DNA of 64,000 nucleotides from a virus. The notes beneath the pieces are model-generated. The model was not told the DNA's origin. It saw nothing but the letters and a program-made list of their open reading frames with translations, and made no database searches. Of this stretch, positions 9,843-18,983 are shown piece by piece (within the stretch, counting starts at the first letter, position 1; the number at the start of each line of letters is the position of its first letter). The DNA is taken from positions 32,001-96,000 of the IMG/VR virus record IMGVR_UViG_3300036719_006047, one strand, 5' to 3'. Position numbers and translations under genes: made by a program.

Positions 9843-11432
9843 ATGCGCACCAAGAACTTCGCCAGAATGAACCCGGCAGTCGAGCTTGCTCGTGACTACG
9901 CGGTGCCCGGTGCCGTTCGAATTCGGTCGAACCCCTCGGGCGACGTGTACGCTCCGCTGCAAGGCCTTAAGGGCGCGCCGCCTTCCGTTCTTCGCCACAT
10001 TCACGGCAGACGCGGTCGCCACAATCCGATGGACGTCAAGAGCGCCACGGGTGCGGGTCAGCACGGTCTTCAGCTGAACTCGGAGCAGATTTCTGTTCTG
10101 CTCAAGAGGGCCGTCGACATCAACAAGAAGATCTCGGAAAGTGGTGGTTCTCCTCTTCCCATCTGCATCTGGGGAAGCCACGGTCTGGGCAAGACCACTC
10201 TTGTCCGGTCGCTCGTGAAGAACGATCCTGACATGAAGGGGACTGGCGTCTACGCTGACACAGGCAAGATCGCTTACATCGCGCCAGCTCAGTTCGAAGA
10301 CCCGGGTGATCTGCTGGGTCTGCCCTACAAGGAAGGCGGCCGCACGAAGTACGCTAAGCCCGAGTGGGTCCCTGATGTCGAGGGCCCAGGCATCCTCTTG
10401 ATTGACGACTTCAACCGCGCTGATTCTCGTCTCCTCAAGGCGATGATGCAGCTTTTCCAGGACAGGGGTCTCGCGGGGTGGAAGCTTAAGGACGGCTGGA
10501 TGATTGTCGCTACTGCAAACCCGTCAGAGGGCGGCGAGTACGACGTCTCTGAGCTCGACCCTGCGATGCTGACCCGCATGATGCACGTCGAGATGATCTT
10601 CGACATCGACGTCTGGAAGAACTGGGCCACGTCCAAGAAGAAGGACAAGGACGAGCCGAACGTTGATCCCCGTGCGGTTGGGTGGATGATCACGGAGGGT
10701 AAAGACTTCCTCGGAACAGGGAGCAAGTATCCTCGGACCACTCCAAGAACGGTCGATATGCTCTTCGAGCAGCTTCGTTCTATCCCTGACTGGTCCAAAG
10801 AGCTTACGCTGGTCAAGCAGTACGCTTTTGGTCTGCTGGACGAAGCGCCCGCTGAAAAGTTCGTAGCCTACGCGAGAGAGCTCAAAGCAGACGAGCTGCC
10901 CGAGCCTGAAGTGCTTCTCTCCTCTAACGACATCGTCCCTCTGCTGGAGAACATGAAGAATATCTTGGCCAAAGACACGGGTATGCCGGACACTGTTCGG
11001 TTCAACGAGTACCTCGCTACGAGGTTCATCCCTTACGTTATGCCCAATGTTGCTCGGAACAATTCCCGTGCTCGGCGCAACAACTCTGATTCAGCTCTTC
11101 GTGTTCAGCAAGAAAATCTTTTGCGCTTCCTGCTCTACCCTCATTTCCCGAAGGAGAGCCTGACACCTTTGTTCCGCCAGCTTGTTGACGCCCACAGCGT
11201 GGATCACGAGGTGCCTGTTGCTCCTTTTGCCCAAGCGTTTACGCTGGACAAGGGCCAAAACGTGCTAGCTCTCGGTGTCATCAAGCGATTTGCGACCAAT
11301 GCTGACCCCAGCATCTGGACCGAGCCCAGCGTCGTCGAGCAGATGAAAGATCTTCGCACCTTAGCTGGATTCGACCTCGCTCAGCAAAATCCTCGCTTTC
11401 GGGTTCCAGTTCGTCGCAGCTACTACCGCTGA
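9843..11432 (+). CDS. MoxR-like AAA+ ATPase
   Basis: ICIWGSHGLGKT, ILLIDDFNRA, IVATANP, LDPAMLTRM. Confidence 0.9.
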   Translation: MRTKNFARMNPAVELARDYAVPGAVRIRSNPSGDVYAPLQGLKGAPPSVLRHIHGRRGRHNPMDVKSATGAGQHGLQLNSEQISVLLKRAVDINKKISESGGSPLPICIWGSHGLGKTTLVRSLVKNDPDMKGTGVYADTGKIAYIAPAQFEDPGDLLGLPYKEGGRTKYAKPEWVPDVEGPGILLIDDFNRADSRLLKAMMQLFQDRGLAGWKLKDGWMIVATANPSEGGEYDVSELDPAMLTRMMHVEMIFDIDVWKNWATSKKKDKDEPNVDPRAVGWMITEGKDFLGTGSKYPRTTPRTVDMLFEQLRSIPDWSKELTLVKQYAFGLLDEAPAEKFVAYARELKADELPEPEVLLSSNDIVPLLENMKNILAKDTGMPDTVRFNEYLATRFIPYVMPNVARNNSRARRNNSDSALRVQQENLLRFLLYPHFPKESLTPLFRQLVDAHSVDHEVPVAPFAQAFTLDKGQNVLALGVIKRFATNADPSIWTEPSVVEQMKDLRTLAGFDLAQQNPRFRVPVRRSYYR

Positions 11433-11444
11433 GGCCTGAATCAA

Positions 11445-13076
11445 ATGAGTATCGCTGAGCACATCGCTTCGGTTGAGTCTCAGCTCACTGAAGCGCAGAG
11501 AAAGAAACTAATCGTTCAGCTGCAGCGGCAGCTGAGTGATAGTTTGGTTCTGCTGTACAACCGAAACAGGTTTTATTTCTATTTCATCAGTCAGATTGCT
11601 ACTTACACGGCAGGGTTCACAAAGAACGGCACGACTACAGCTGCTGTTCGGGTCAAAAAATCAAGCGATAAAAGTTCGGTGAAGTTTGAGTTTTTAGCGA
11701 ACCCTATATTTTTCGACCTCATGACTGAAGAAGAGCGGCTTGGCGTTGTTGTGCATGAGCTGCTGCACATCGTCCACAGGCACATTCAGCGCGCGTCTGC
11801 TTTTGCGTCTGACTTCCGCGTCCTCAACTTCGCCGCAGACATCATCAACAACAGGGACATTTTGACCTACACCCACAACTACAAAGACCCTTACCGGCGC
11901 GTGCAAGAGGGTATTGATCTCCCCCGTATGTGTATTCTTGACGGTCTGTTCGATTTCCGCGGCAAAGAGACAAGTACGACTGATGAGATCTACGCCATCC
12001 TCATCGAGGCGAAGAGGCAGGCTAAAGTCAAAGGTCCCATGTCCGAAGCCGAAAGAGATGCTTTTTTGGCCAAGCATCCCGGTTTAGCGGAAGAGCCTAC
12101 TCCTCAGAACAGATTCGGTTTGTCCCCTTCCCAACCGACTTTGGGCATGGACCCCGAAGAATACTACAGATTTTCTCTGGGTGATAAAGACGGCAAAGGC
12201 GGAAGCGGTGGTTCGGGAAGCGGTGACGAGGAAGAAGATGATTCGTCTTCTGGAGACGGCTCTGATGCCTCAGACAGAGACAACTCTGATGCCGTTGGCG
12301 GGCACAGCGACCACTCACACTGGGAAGAAGATAGCGACAATTTCGACGGCCAAAACCAATATGGCGAGGACCTCGACAAAGAAGCGCAGGGCAAGATCAA
12401 CCGCGCTCTCGTTGATGCCGCTAGAAAGTCAGACTTTAATGGTGTCCCCGGTTCTCTCTCTGGCTTTCTCCGCGAGCTCATGAAGGGCCAAGCCCCCTTG
12501 CAGGACTGGAGAGCTATCCTGAGAATGCAGGTTGCGAGCAGTGCTTCGATTCGCAAGAAGACGACTTCTATGAAAGAGAGCCGTCGCTTCCCTCGGGAGC
12601 CCGGACTTCCTGGAGGGATGGGCACCAAAACTCTGCGCGATGTCAATGTGACTGTTGCAGTGGATACTAGCGGATCCATTGACCAAGAAATCTTGGCTCA
12701 GTTCATGGCTGAGATCGGGAAGATGCAGAAGAGCAACGCTGAAGTAAGCTTGTTCTTTTTCCACCAGGACGTTTACGGCCTCGACAAAGGCGGGAAGCCT
12801 GCTCTCTTTAAGAAGTTCGATGTTAACACATTCAATATGGAATCAGGCGGTACGGACTTCACGCCCCCCTTCCGAGTCGTCAAACAGCTTAGCAAAAAGC
12901 CTGATCTGTTTATCCTTCTGACAGACGGCATCGCTCCGCCTCCCGAGGTCAACCTCGGCACAGTTAAATACCTTTGGGCCATCTATGGGGGGCCAGGCGC
13001 AACGCAGGAAAGCCTGAAGGCAGATCCACACGTGAAAGCTTTGCCCGGCAAGAAAATCTACTTGGCTAACAAGTAG
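11445..13076 (+). CDS. metallopeptidase-like (HExxH) plus vWA protein (DUF2201-type), MoxR partner
   Basis: VVVHELLHIVHRH; MIDAS VAVDTSGSI, GGTDF, LLTDG. Confidence 0.88.
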   Translation: MSIAEHIASVESQLTEAQRKKLIVQLQRQLSDSLVLLYNRNRFYFYFISQIATYTAGFTKNGTTTAAVRVKKSSDKSSVKFEFLANPIFFDLMTEEERLGVVVHELLHIVHRHIQRASAFASDFRVLNFAADIINNRDILTYTHNYKDPYRRVQEGIDLPRMCILDGLFDFRGKETSTTDEIYAILIEAKRQAKVKGPMSEAERDAFLAKHPGLAEEPTPQNRFGLSPSQPTLGMDPEEYYRFSLGDKDGKGGSGGSGSGDEEEDDSSSGDGSDASDRDNSDAVGGHSDHSHWEEDSDNFDGQNQYGEDLDKEAQGKINRALVDAARKSDFNGVPGSLSGFLRELMKGQAPLQDWRAILRMQVASSASIRKKTTSMKESRRFPREPGLPGGMGTKTLRDVNVTVAVDTSGSIDQEILAQFMAEIGKMQKSNAEVSLFFFHQDVYGLDKGGKPALFKKFDVNTFNMESGGTDFTPPFRVVKQLSKKPDLFILLTDGIAPPPEVNLGTVKYLWAIYGGPGATQESLKADPHVKALPGKKIYLANK

Positions 13077-13103
13077 GGGCTAACGAACCGAAAGACTATT
13101 CAA

Positions 13104-13394
13104 TCACGTCAACTTTGAGCCGTTCTTGATGGCTTCGATGTGGTGGTCTGTAAAGGCCGATATCGCCGCAAGAAGCCTCGGTTGGGCTGCTTTGGTAGAC
13201 CCTGAGCAGTCTACGTAGTACAGGACGAAGGGCTCATTTAACTGGTTGATGTAGCTTAGCGCTTCTCGGGCAGATCCAGGCCAGTCAGGAGCATCTTCGT
13301 ACCGGCTCGGCACAAGAAAACGACGTTCCGTGTACGGCCCGTCGTTTCCGTGAGCTACGTATAGACCTACTTCTGAGCTACCGTTTTGACGCAT
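13104..13394 (-). CDS. hypothetical protein
   Basis: 96-aa ORF coupled to the upstream gene. Confidence 0.6.
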   Translation of the reverse strand: MRQNGSSEVGLYVAHGNDGPYTERRFLVPSRYEDAPDWPGSAREALSYINQLNEPFVLYYVDCSGSTKAAQPRLLAAISAFTDHHIEAIKNGSKLT

Positions 13395-13899
13395 TTTGAA
13401 TCATGGAGTTCAGTTTCGCGACAATGCTGTGCGCCTTGTCTGTGGTCAGCGCGTACTTCCCTGTATTGTGCCCGGCGTAGAAGATGTGATGCTTGCCGCC
13501 CACTTCCTCGATCTCGAAGCCTTCCGGCAACTCGTTTCTCGGTCTCGCGGTAGCGGCAGGAGAGTTGTACCGAGCCATAAACGGGTTTGCTGCAGCGCGA
13601 GGCCTCGCTTTCTTTCCCTTCATGATCAGAGCCATGTTGGCTGCATCGACAGCGTTATCGAACGAAGAGCTGATGAAGAACTGCTCTGTCTTCTCCCTCA
13701 GCGCTTCAGCTCTGTCGTCATTCATCAGCGCAACGCGCAGCGGGATGACGCCTGACGACCATCTGCGCAGCATCTGCAGCTGATCGTCTTGGCTCGCCTC
13801 GAGGAAGCGCACCCGCTGGTTCTGCGCAACGGTGACCAGAATAGGCGCAAGGATGCGGAACATCCTTGCTGCTGTCATTGCTGTCGCTACTGCCGGCAT
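13378..13899 (-). CDS. hypothetical protein
   Basis: ATG at 13899, 7 nt after the upstream stop. Confidence 0.7.
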   Translation of the reverse strand: MPAVATAMTAARMFRILAPILVTVAQNQRVRFLEASQDDQLQMLRRWSSGVIPLRVALMNDDRAEALREKTEQFFISSSFDNAVDAANMALIMKGKKARPRAAANPFMARYNSPAATARPRNELPEGFEIEEVGGKHHIFYAGHNTGKYALTTDKAHSIVAKLNSMIQNASKR

Positions 13900-13906
13900 G
13901 TTTTGC

Positions 13907-14389
13907 TCAGAAGAGGTCGAAGGGGTTGTTAGCGGCATTCTTCGCCTTCTTTCTGTCCGCAAAGCCGGGACCCTCGCCCCAAGCCTTCTTTCGGCCCGAC
14001 AAGAGGCGATCGCGATGGTTCAGCTCAGCCGCCGCAAGTGCTGCCAGCTCACGGTCGGAGCCCGCAGCGATCTGCGCGAGAAGCTCAGACGTTGCAGCCG
14101 CAAGATCAGCCTTGTGTGCGAAAGCAGACACTTCAAACGCCACGGGCGCGGTGTAAGTGCGATCTCGCTTCGGCAAACGCCCCGCCTTCTGCGCGCCCTT
14201 GAAAGAACGACGGCCTGCGTTCTGTCTCGCGGAAGAGCACTCGCTCGGATTGGCGTGCATCCAGCGCTTGCCGCCCTTGGGGCCGACCTCGGTGGGATGC
14301 TGACAAATCTGGCTCTCTCCGGGAGTGAACTCTTCTCCGCACTCTACGCAGCTCTGCCCGGGGAACTTCGCTGTTCTGACGTCCTGCAT
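13907..14389 (-). CDS. hypothetical protein, possible Zn finger (CxxC...H...C)
   Basis: ATG at 14389 with GGAG SD; CVEC..WMHANPSEC. Confidence 0.7.
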   Translation of the reverse strand: MQDVRTAKFPGQSCVECGEEFTPGESQICQHPTEVGPKGGKRWMHANPSECSSARQNAGRRSFKGAQKAGRLPKRDRTYTAPVAFEVSAFAHKADLAAATSELLAQIAAGSDRELAALAAAELNHRDRLLSGRKKAWGEGPGFADRKKAKNAANNPFDLF

Positions 14390-14474
14390 GTGTGTCTCCG
14401 GCCGATCGGCTCGATGTCTCTTTAGCAGTAGCACGCTGAGCCGAGGCCGACGCTTTCTTTCCGTACCTGAAGTG

Positions 14475-14936
14475 CTACATCTCGATCAGGTTGAGCTTGA
14501 ACGTCTTTATTACGAGCTTTCCGTCAGAATCGGATTGCGCCACAAGTCTATTTTCGCTTTCTGTTCGCGTTTGTCTCAGGTCCAGCAGAATAAGTCCTTT
14601 CATCTCGTTGAGTGTTGGCATGTTTGTCTGCCACAAGGTCTCGTTAATGTCTGCTTCCGCAAAGTTTGTTCCTGTCAGCTTGCTCGCGGTAAACTGAGCT
14701 CCTACCAAAGTAGCTCCGCTAAAGTTTGAGTTCGTGAAGTCCACGAAATCGTAATTGCTGAAGCTCAAGTCCAAATCAGAGAGGTCCAAGTTGGTGAAAT
14801 CGCTATACTGTTCGCCTTCTTTTCTCTTTATTTCTGGCTGTTCTTCTCCTGCCCCTTGCCCGCTGTGATCCCACTCGGAACACTTATCCGCAAAATCGAT
14901 GAGAAACACAACGCGGGGGTCAGACATATCGGCCAC
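14475..14936 (-). CDS. array pentapeptide-repeat protein A (153 aa, divergent)
   Basis: MADMSDPRV cap; few AT-rich repeats; SDGKLVIK tail. Confidence 0.92.
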   Translation of the reverse strand: MADMSDPRVVFLIDFADKCSEWDHSGQGAGEEQPEIKRKEGEQYSDFTNLDLSDLDLSFSNYDFVDFTNSNFSGATLVGAQFTASKLTGTNFAEADINETLWQTNMPTLNEMKGLILLDLRQTRTESENRLVAQSDSDGKLVIKTFKLNLIEM

Positions 14937-14944
14937 GGGTCACC

Positions 14945-15664
14945 TCAGTACCGCAAGGAGATACGCTTGATGCGTAGTTTACCGTCTTCTTCTGGCTGAA
15001 GCAAAAGATGTGGCTTCGCTTCGTCTTCAGCTGTAGGACTGGTCAGTAAAATTACATTGGCGCCCTTGAGGTTGGCGCGAGTGAGGTTGGCGCGAGTGAG
15101 GTTGGCACCAGCAAGATCGACGCGGGTCAGGTCGGCGGCGTAGAGGATGGCGCCGCTGAGGTCGGCGCGGCTGAGGTCGGCGCGGCTGAGGTTGGCGCTG
15201 TGGAGGCTGGCTTCGCTGAGGTTGGCGCCGATGAGCTTGGCGCCGATGAGCTTGGCGCCGTTGAGGTCGGCGTGTTCGAGGTCGGCGCCGTTGAGCTTCG
15301 CGCGGGCGAGGACGGCTTCTTCGAGGACGGCTTCTTCGAGGTTGGCGCCATCAAGGTTGGCGCCAGTGAGCTTGGCGCCGCGGAGGTCGGCGCCGCTAAG
15401 GTTGGCACCGCTGAGGTTAGCGCCTTTGAGCTTGGCGTCGATGAGGCCGGCGTCGGTGAGGTCGGCGCCGCCGAGCTTGGCGCCGGTGAGGTCGGCGCCG
15501 ATGAGGTTGGTAGTTTTGAGGTTTTCGCCGATGAGGTTGATATCAGACAGATCTTTGAGGTCAGACGGCAACAGCGGAATCTGCGATTTTTCTGCTTCAG
15601 CAACTCTGCATTCTTCTGCGTGAGACAGAACGCGAGGCACGCGAGGATCGGACATGTCTGCCAT
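14945..15664 (-). CDS. array pentapeptide-repeat protein B (239 aa, short C-cap)
   Basis: MADMSDPRV; A(D/N/K)Lxx repeats; [22 protein letters not shown]. Confidence 0.95.
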   Translation of the reverse strand: MADMSDPRVPRVLSHAEECRVAEAEKSQIPLLPSDLKDLSDINLIGENLKTTNLIGADLTGAKLGGADLTDAGLIDAKLKGANLSGANLSGADLRGAKLTGANLDGANLEEAVLEEAVLARAKLNGADLEHADLNGAKLIGAKLIGANLSEASLHSANLSRADLSRADLSGAILYAADLTRVDLAGANLTRANLTRANLKGANVILLTSPTAEDEAKPHLLLQPEEDGKLRIKRISLRY

Positions 15665-15672
15665 GGGTCACC

Positions 15673-16194
15673 TCAATAGCGTAGAGAAATACGTTTAATT
15701 TGTAATTTACCATCTTTTTCGGGTTGAAGCAGAAGATGTGGCTTCCGCTCGACGCTGGCAGGGCGGGTCAGTAGAATTACATTGCTGCTATTGAATTTAG
15801 TACCGCTAAACTTGGCGTTGGTGAGGTCGGCGCCGTTGAGCTTGGCGCCGGTGAGGTTGGTGCCGGTGAGCCTGGCGCCGGTGAGGTTGGCGCCGGTGAG
15901 GTTGGCGCCTTTGAGTTTGGCGTCGAAGAGGTCGGCTCCGGTGAGGTCGGCGTCGGTGAGGTCGGCGCCGGTGAGGTTGGCGCCCTGCAAGGAAGCGAGG
16001 GTGAGATCAGCGTTGGTGAGTTTGGCGCCAAGGAGGTTGGTGGTGTTGAGGTTGGCGTGGCTGAGGCTGATATTAGACAGATCTTTTAGTTCAGGCGGCA
16101 ATGACATAACAGGCCATTTTTGCACCACAGCTGAGCGACAAGCTTGTGCATGAGCGAGGACAAGTGGAACTCGGGGGTCAGACATGTCTGCCAT
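15673..16194 (-). CDS. array pentapeptide-repeat protein C (173 aa, short C-cap)
   Basis: Same caps as B. Confidence 0.95.
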   Translation of the reverse strand: MADMSDPRVPLVLAHAQACRSAVVQKWPVMSLPPELKDLSNISLSHANLNTTNLLGAKLTNADLTLASLQGANLTGADLTDADLTGADLFDAKLKGANLTGANLTGARLTGTNLTGAKLNGADLTNAKFSGTKFNSSNVILLTRPASVERKPHLLLQPEKDGKLQIKRISLRY

Positions 16195-16202
16195 GGGTCA
16201 CC

Positions 16203-16907
16203 TCAGTATTGCAAAGGGATACGTTTAATTTGTAGTTTACCATCTTTTTCGGGCTGAAGCAGAAGATGAGGCCCCGGTCTAAAATTACCCGTGGGGTTGG
16301 TCAGCAGAATTGCATTGGCGCCCGTGAGGTCGGCGCGGCGGAGGTTGGTGCCGGTCAGGTTGGCGCCGGTGAGGTTGGCACCGGTGAGGTCGGCGCCGGT
16401 GAGGTCGGCGTTGCTGAGGTTGGCGCCGTTGAGGTCGGCGCCGTTGAGCTTCGCGTTGGCGAGGTAGGCGCTTTCGAGGTCAGCGTTGGTGAGGTTGGCG
16501 TCTTTGAGGTTGGCGCTGCTGAGCCAGGCGCCTTTGAGGTCGGCGCCGGTGAGGTTGGCGCTGTAGAGCTTGGCGCCGTTGAGGTCGGCGCCGGTGAGGA
16601 TGGCGCCTCTGAGGTCGGCGCCGTTAAGATAGGAGTGGTTGAGGGTGGTGCCGGTCAGGTCGGCGCCGCCGAGGTTGGCGCCGGTGAGGTTGGCGCCGCT
16701 GAGGTTGGCGTTGGTGAGGTTGGCATTGGTGAGGTTGGCGTTGGTGAGGTTAGCGTCGCTGAGGTTGGCGCCGGTGAGGTCGATGCTAGACAGATCTCGG
16801 AGATCGTTAGGTAAGTCCGGTCTATCCTTGCCTTGATCAACAGACTGTCTACAAGCTTCTGCATGAGCGAGGACAAGAGGAACGCGGGGGTCAGACATAT
16901 CGGCCAC
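16203..16907 (-). CDS. array pentapeptide-repeat protein D (234 aa, short C-cap)
   Basis: GTG start; same caps as B. Confidence 0.95.
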   Translation of the reverse strand: MADMSDPRVPLVLAHAEACRQSVDQGKDRPDLPNDLRDLSSIDLTGANLSDANLTNANLTNANLTNANLSGANLTGANLGGADLTGTTLNHSYLNGADLRGAILTGADLNGAKLYSANLTGADLKGAWLSSANLKDANLTNADLESAYLANAKLNGADLNGANLSNADLTGADLTGANLTGANLTGTNLRRADLTGANAILLTNPTGNFRPGPHLLLQPEKDGKLQIKRIPLQY

Positions 16908-16915
16908 GGGTCACC

Positions 16916-17599
16916 TCAGTACCTGAAGATGCGAGTCTTGATGCGAACTTTGCCGTCGGAGTGAAGCTCAACAACAAGATTCTTGCTCGCATTATCACTG
17001 GCTCCGACTCGCGCCGAACCAAGCATAATAAACTTTTGTGCTACGTCTTGCGGGAAGCCCGCCACGGCCACGTACAAGTATCTTCCTTCCGCTAACTGTG
17101 ACTGCGTGATCTTGGCTCCTTTCAACTCGGCGAAACCTATTTTCGCATTAGTGACATTTGCGCCAGTTAGGTCAGCGTCAGTGAAGTCTGTGTCATGTAG
17201 CACTGAGCCAGTGAGGTCAGCTTTACTCAAATTCGCTTCGCTCAAGTTAGCTTTGTCTAGTTTGGCGTAACGCAATACAGCAGAGCTGAGATTCGCGCCG
17301 ATGAGGTCTGCTCCGCTCAGATCGCAGTTCATCAGATTCGCTCTACTCAAGTTTGCTTTCTTTAGCTTTGCGCCGCGAAGCACAGCATTCCTCAAGTCGA
17401 CGCCGCTCAGATCAGACCCAGTGAAATCAACTCCCGCGAAGTTGGCAGAGCTGAGAACAGCTCCGCTTAGATCTATTCCAGGCAAAGAGGTCAACTCTTG
17501 GGGTAAATCGGGCTTCTCTTCCAGAAATTGAGCAGCTTCTTTGCAGACTTCCGCATAGGCAAGGACGGCTTCGACGCGAGGATCAGACATGTCCGCCAT
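16916..17599 (-). CDS. array pentapeptide-repeat protein E (227 aa, divergent long C-cap)
   Basis: IGFAELKGAKITQ..LVVELHSDGKVRIK. Confidence 0.95.
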   Translation of the reverse strand: MADMSDPRVEAVLAYAEVCKEAAQFLEEKPDLPQELTSLPGIDLSGAVLSSANFAGVDFTGSDLSGVDLRNAVLRGAKLKKANLSRANLMNCDLSGADLIGANLSSAVLRYAKLDKANLSEANLSKADLTGSVLHDTDFTDADLTGANVTNAKIGFAELKGAKITQSQLAEGRYLYVAVAGFPQDVAQKFIMLGSARVGASDNASKNLVVELHSDGKVRIKTRIFRY

Positions 17600-17607
17600 A
17601 GCCTACC

Positions 17608-18060
17608 TCACTCATCGTCCATTCGGAGTTGAGTAGCCCTGATCCTAACCTTTCCTGTCTCAGCTACCTGCGCGATCAATCTCGGTCTTCTGAGCTCTTC
17701 TGATATTTTCATGTATTGTTCGCCCAGGAGTATAAGACCTTTCACTGTTTCTAGATTTTTTCTGGGCAAACCCATACCTTCGATGTTGGCTCCTGTGAAG
17801 TTTGCTCCCTTTATGTTGGCTTTATACATGTACGTTCTGCTCAAATCACAACCTGTAAAATTTGTTTCGCTCAAGTCAGCACCATGGAAATCTAAACTAC
17901 TCAAAGTGGCAAAGCTCATGTCCGCTTTAGACAAATCTAACTTTTTCATGTCTCCTCTTCTGTGTGGGAATTGAGGTCTTTCCTTTCCTTCCTTGAGCGC
18001 TATCCTGCAGCGCTCGGCGTGCTTTAGCAAGTAGACAACGCGGGGGTCAGACATGTCCAT
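17608..18060 (-). CDS. array pentapeptide-repeat protein F (150 aa, divergent)
   Basis: MDMSDPRV..KHAERC; few repeats. Confidence 0.92.
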   Translation of the reverse strand: MDMSDPRVVYLLKHAERCRIALKEGKERPQFPHRRGDMKKLDLSKADMSFATLSSLDFHGADLSETNFTGCDLSRTYMYKANIKGANFTGANIEGMGLPRKNLETVKGLILLGEQYMKISEELRRPRLIAQVAETGKVRIRATQLRMDDE

Positions 18061-18068
18061 GAATCAGC

Positions 18069-18980
18069 TCAGTACTTGAAGATGGGAGTTTTGATGTGAA
18101 GTTTGCCGTCTGAGCGCAGTTCGACAACAAGTCTCTTTTTGGACTTTCGTTTCCAGGACGCAGGCGCTGGTTCGTGGGGCAAAATAACTTTTTCAGCTAC
18201 TTCTTTGGGGTAACCGTCTTGCGGTACATTGACATACTCTGCGCTATTCAATTGAATTTGAGTAATCTTCGCATCGGTCAAGTCGGCAAAACCTATTTGG
18301 GCGCGGTTGAGCTTGGCGCCGTAGAGGTGGGCGGCGCTGAGGTTGGCGCGAGTAAGGTTGGTCCCGGTGAGGTCGGCGCCGTAGAGCTTGGCGCGGGTGA
18401 GGTCGGCGCCCGTGAGGAAGGCGCCGGTGAGGTTGGCATCGGTGAGGTCAGCGTCTTCGAGGATGGCGCCGCCGAGCTTGGCGCCGGTGAGGTCGGCGCC
18501 GATGAGCTTGGCGCCGGTGAGGTTGGCGCCGGTGAGGTTGGCACCTTTGAGTTTGGCGCCATCAAGGTTGGCGCCAGTGAGCTTGGCGCCGCGGAGGTCG
18601 GCGCCGCTAAGGTTGGCGCCGGTGAAGTCGGCGCGGGTAATGTTGGCGTTGTAGAGGATAGCGGTGTAGAGGTTGGCTTTGGTGAGGTCGGCGCCTCCGA
18701 GGCTGGCGCCGTAGAGGTTGGCGCCGGTGAGGTTGGCACCGCTGAGGTTGGCGTTGGTGAGGTTGGCGCCGATGAGGTTGGCGCCGGTGAGGTTGGTGCC
18801 GCTGAGGTCGGCTTCGGCGAGGTTGGCGCCGGCGAGGTCGGCGCCGGTGAGGTCGATGCCAGAAAGATCTTTTAGCTCATGCGGCAGAGGAGGTATGCTC
18901 TTTTTCCACCACTTAGCTTCTCGACAAGCCTCTGCGTGAGCGAGGACAGCGATAACGCGGGGGTCGGACATGTTGGCCAT
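18069..18980 (-). CDS. array pentapeptide-repeat protein G (303 aa, ~40 repeats, long C-cap)
   Basis: [22 protein letters not shown] end. Confidence 0.95.
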   Translation of the reverse strand: MANMSDPRVIAVLAHAEACREAKWWKKSIPPLPHELKDLSGIDLTGADLAGANLAEADLSGTNLTGANLIGANLTNANLSGANLTGANLYGASLGGADLTKANLYTAILYNANITRADFTGANLSGADLRGAKLTGANLDGAKLKGANLTGANLTGAKLIGADLTGAKLGGAILEDADLTDANLTGAFLTGADLTRAKLYGADLTGTNLTRANLSAAHLYGAKLNRAQIGFADLTDAKITQIQLNSAEYVNVPQDGYPKEVAEKVILPHEPAPASWKRKSKKRLVVELRSDGKLHIKTPIFKY

Positions 18981-18983
18981 GAA

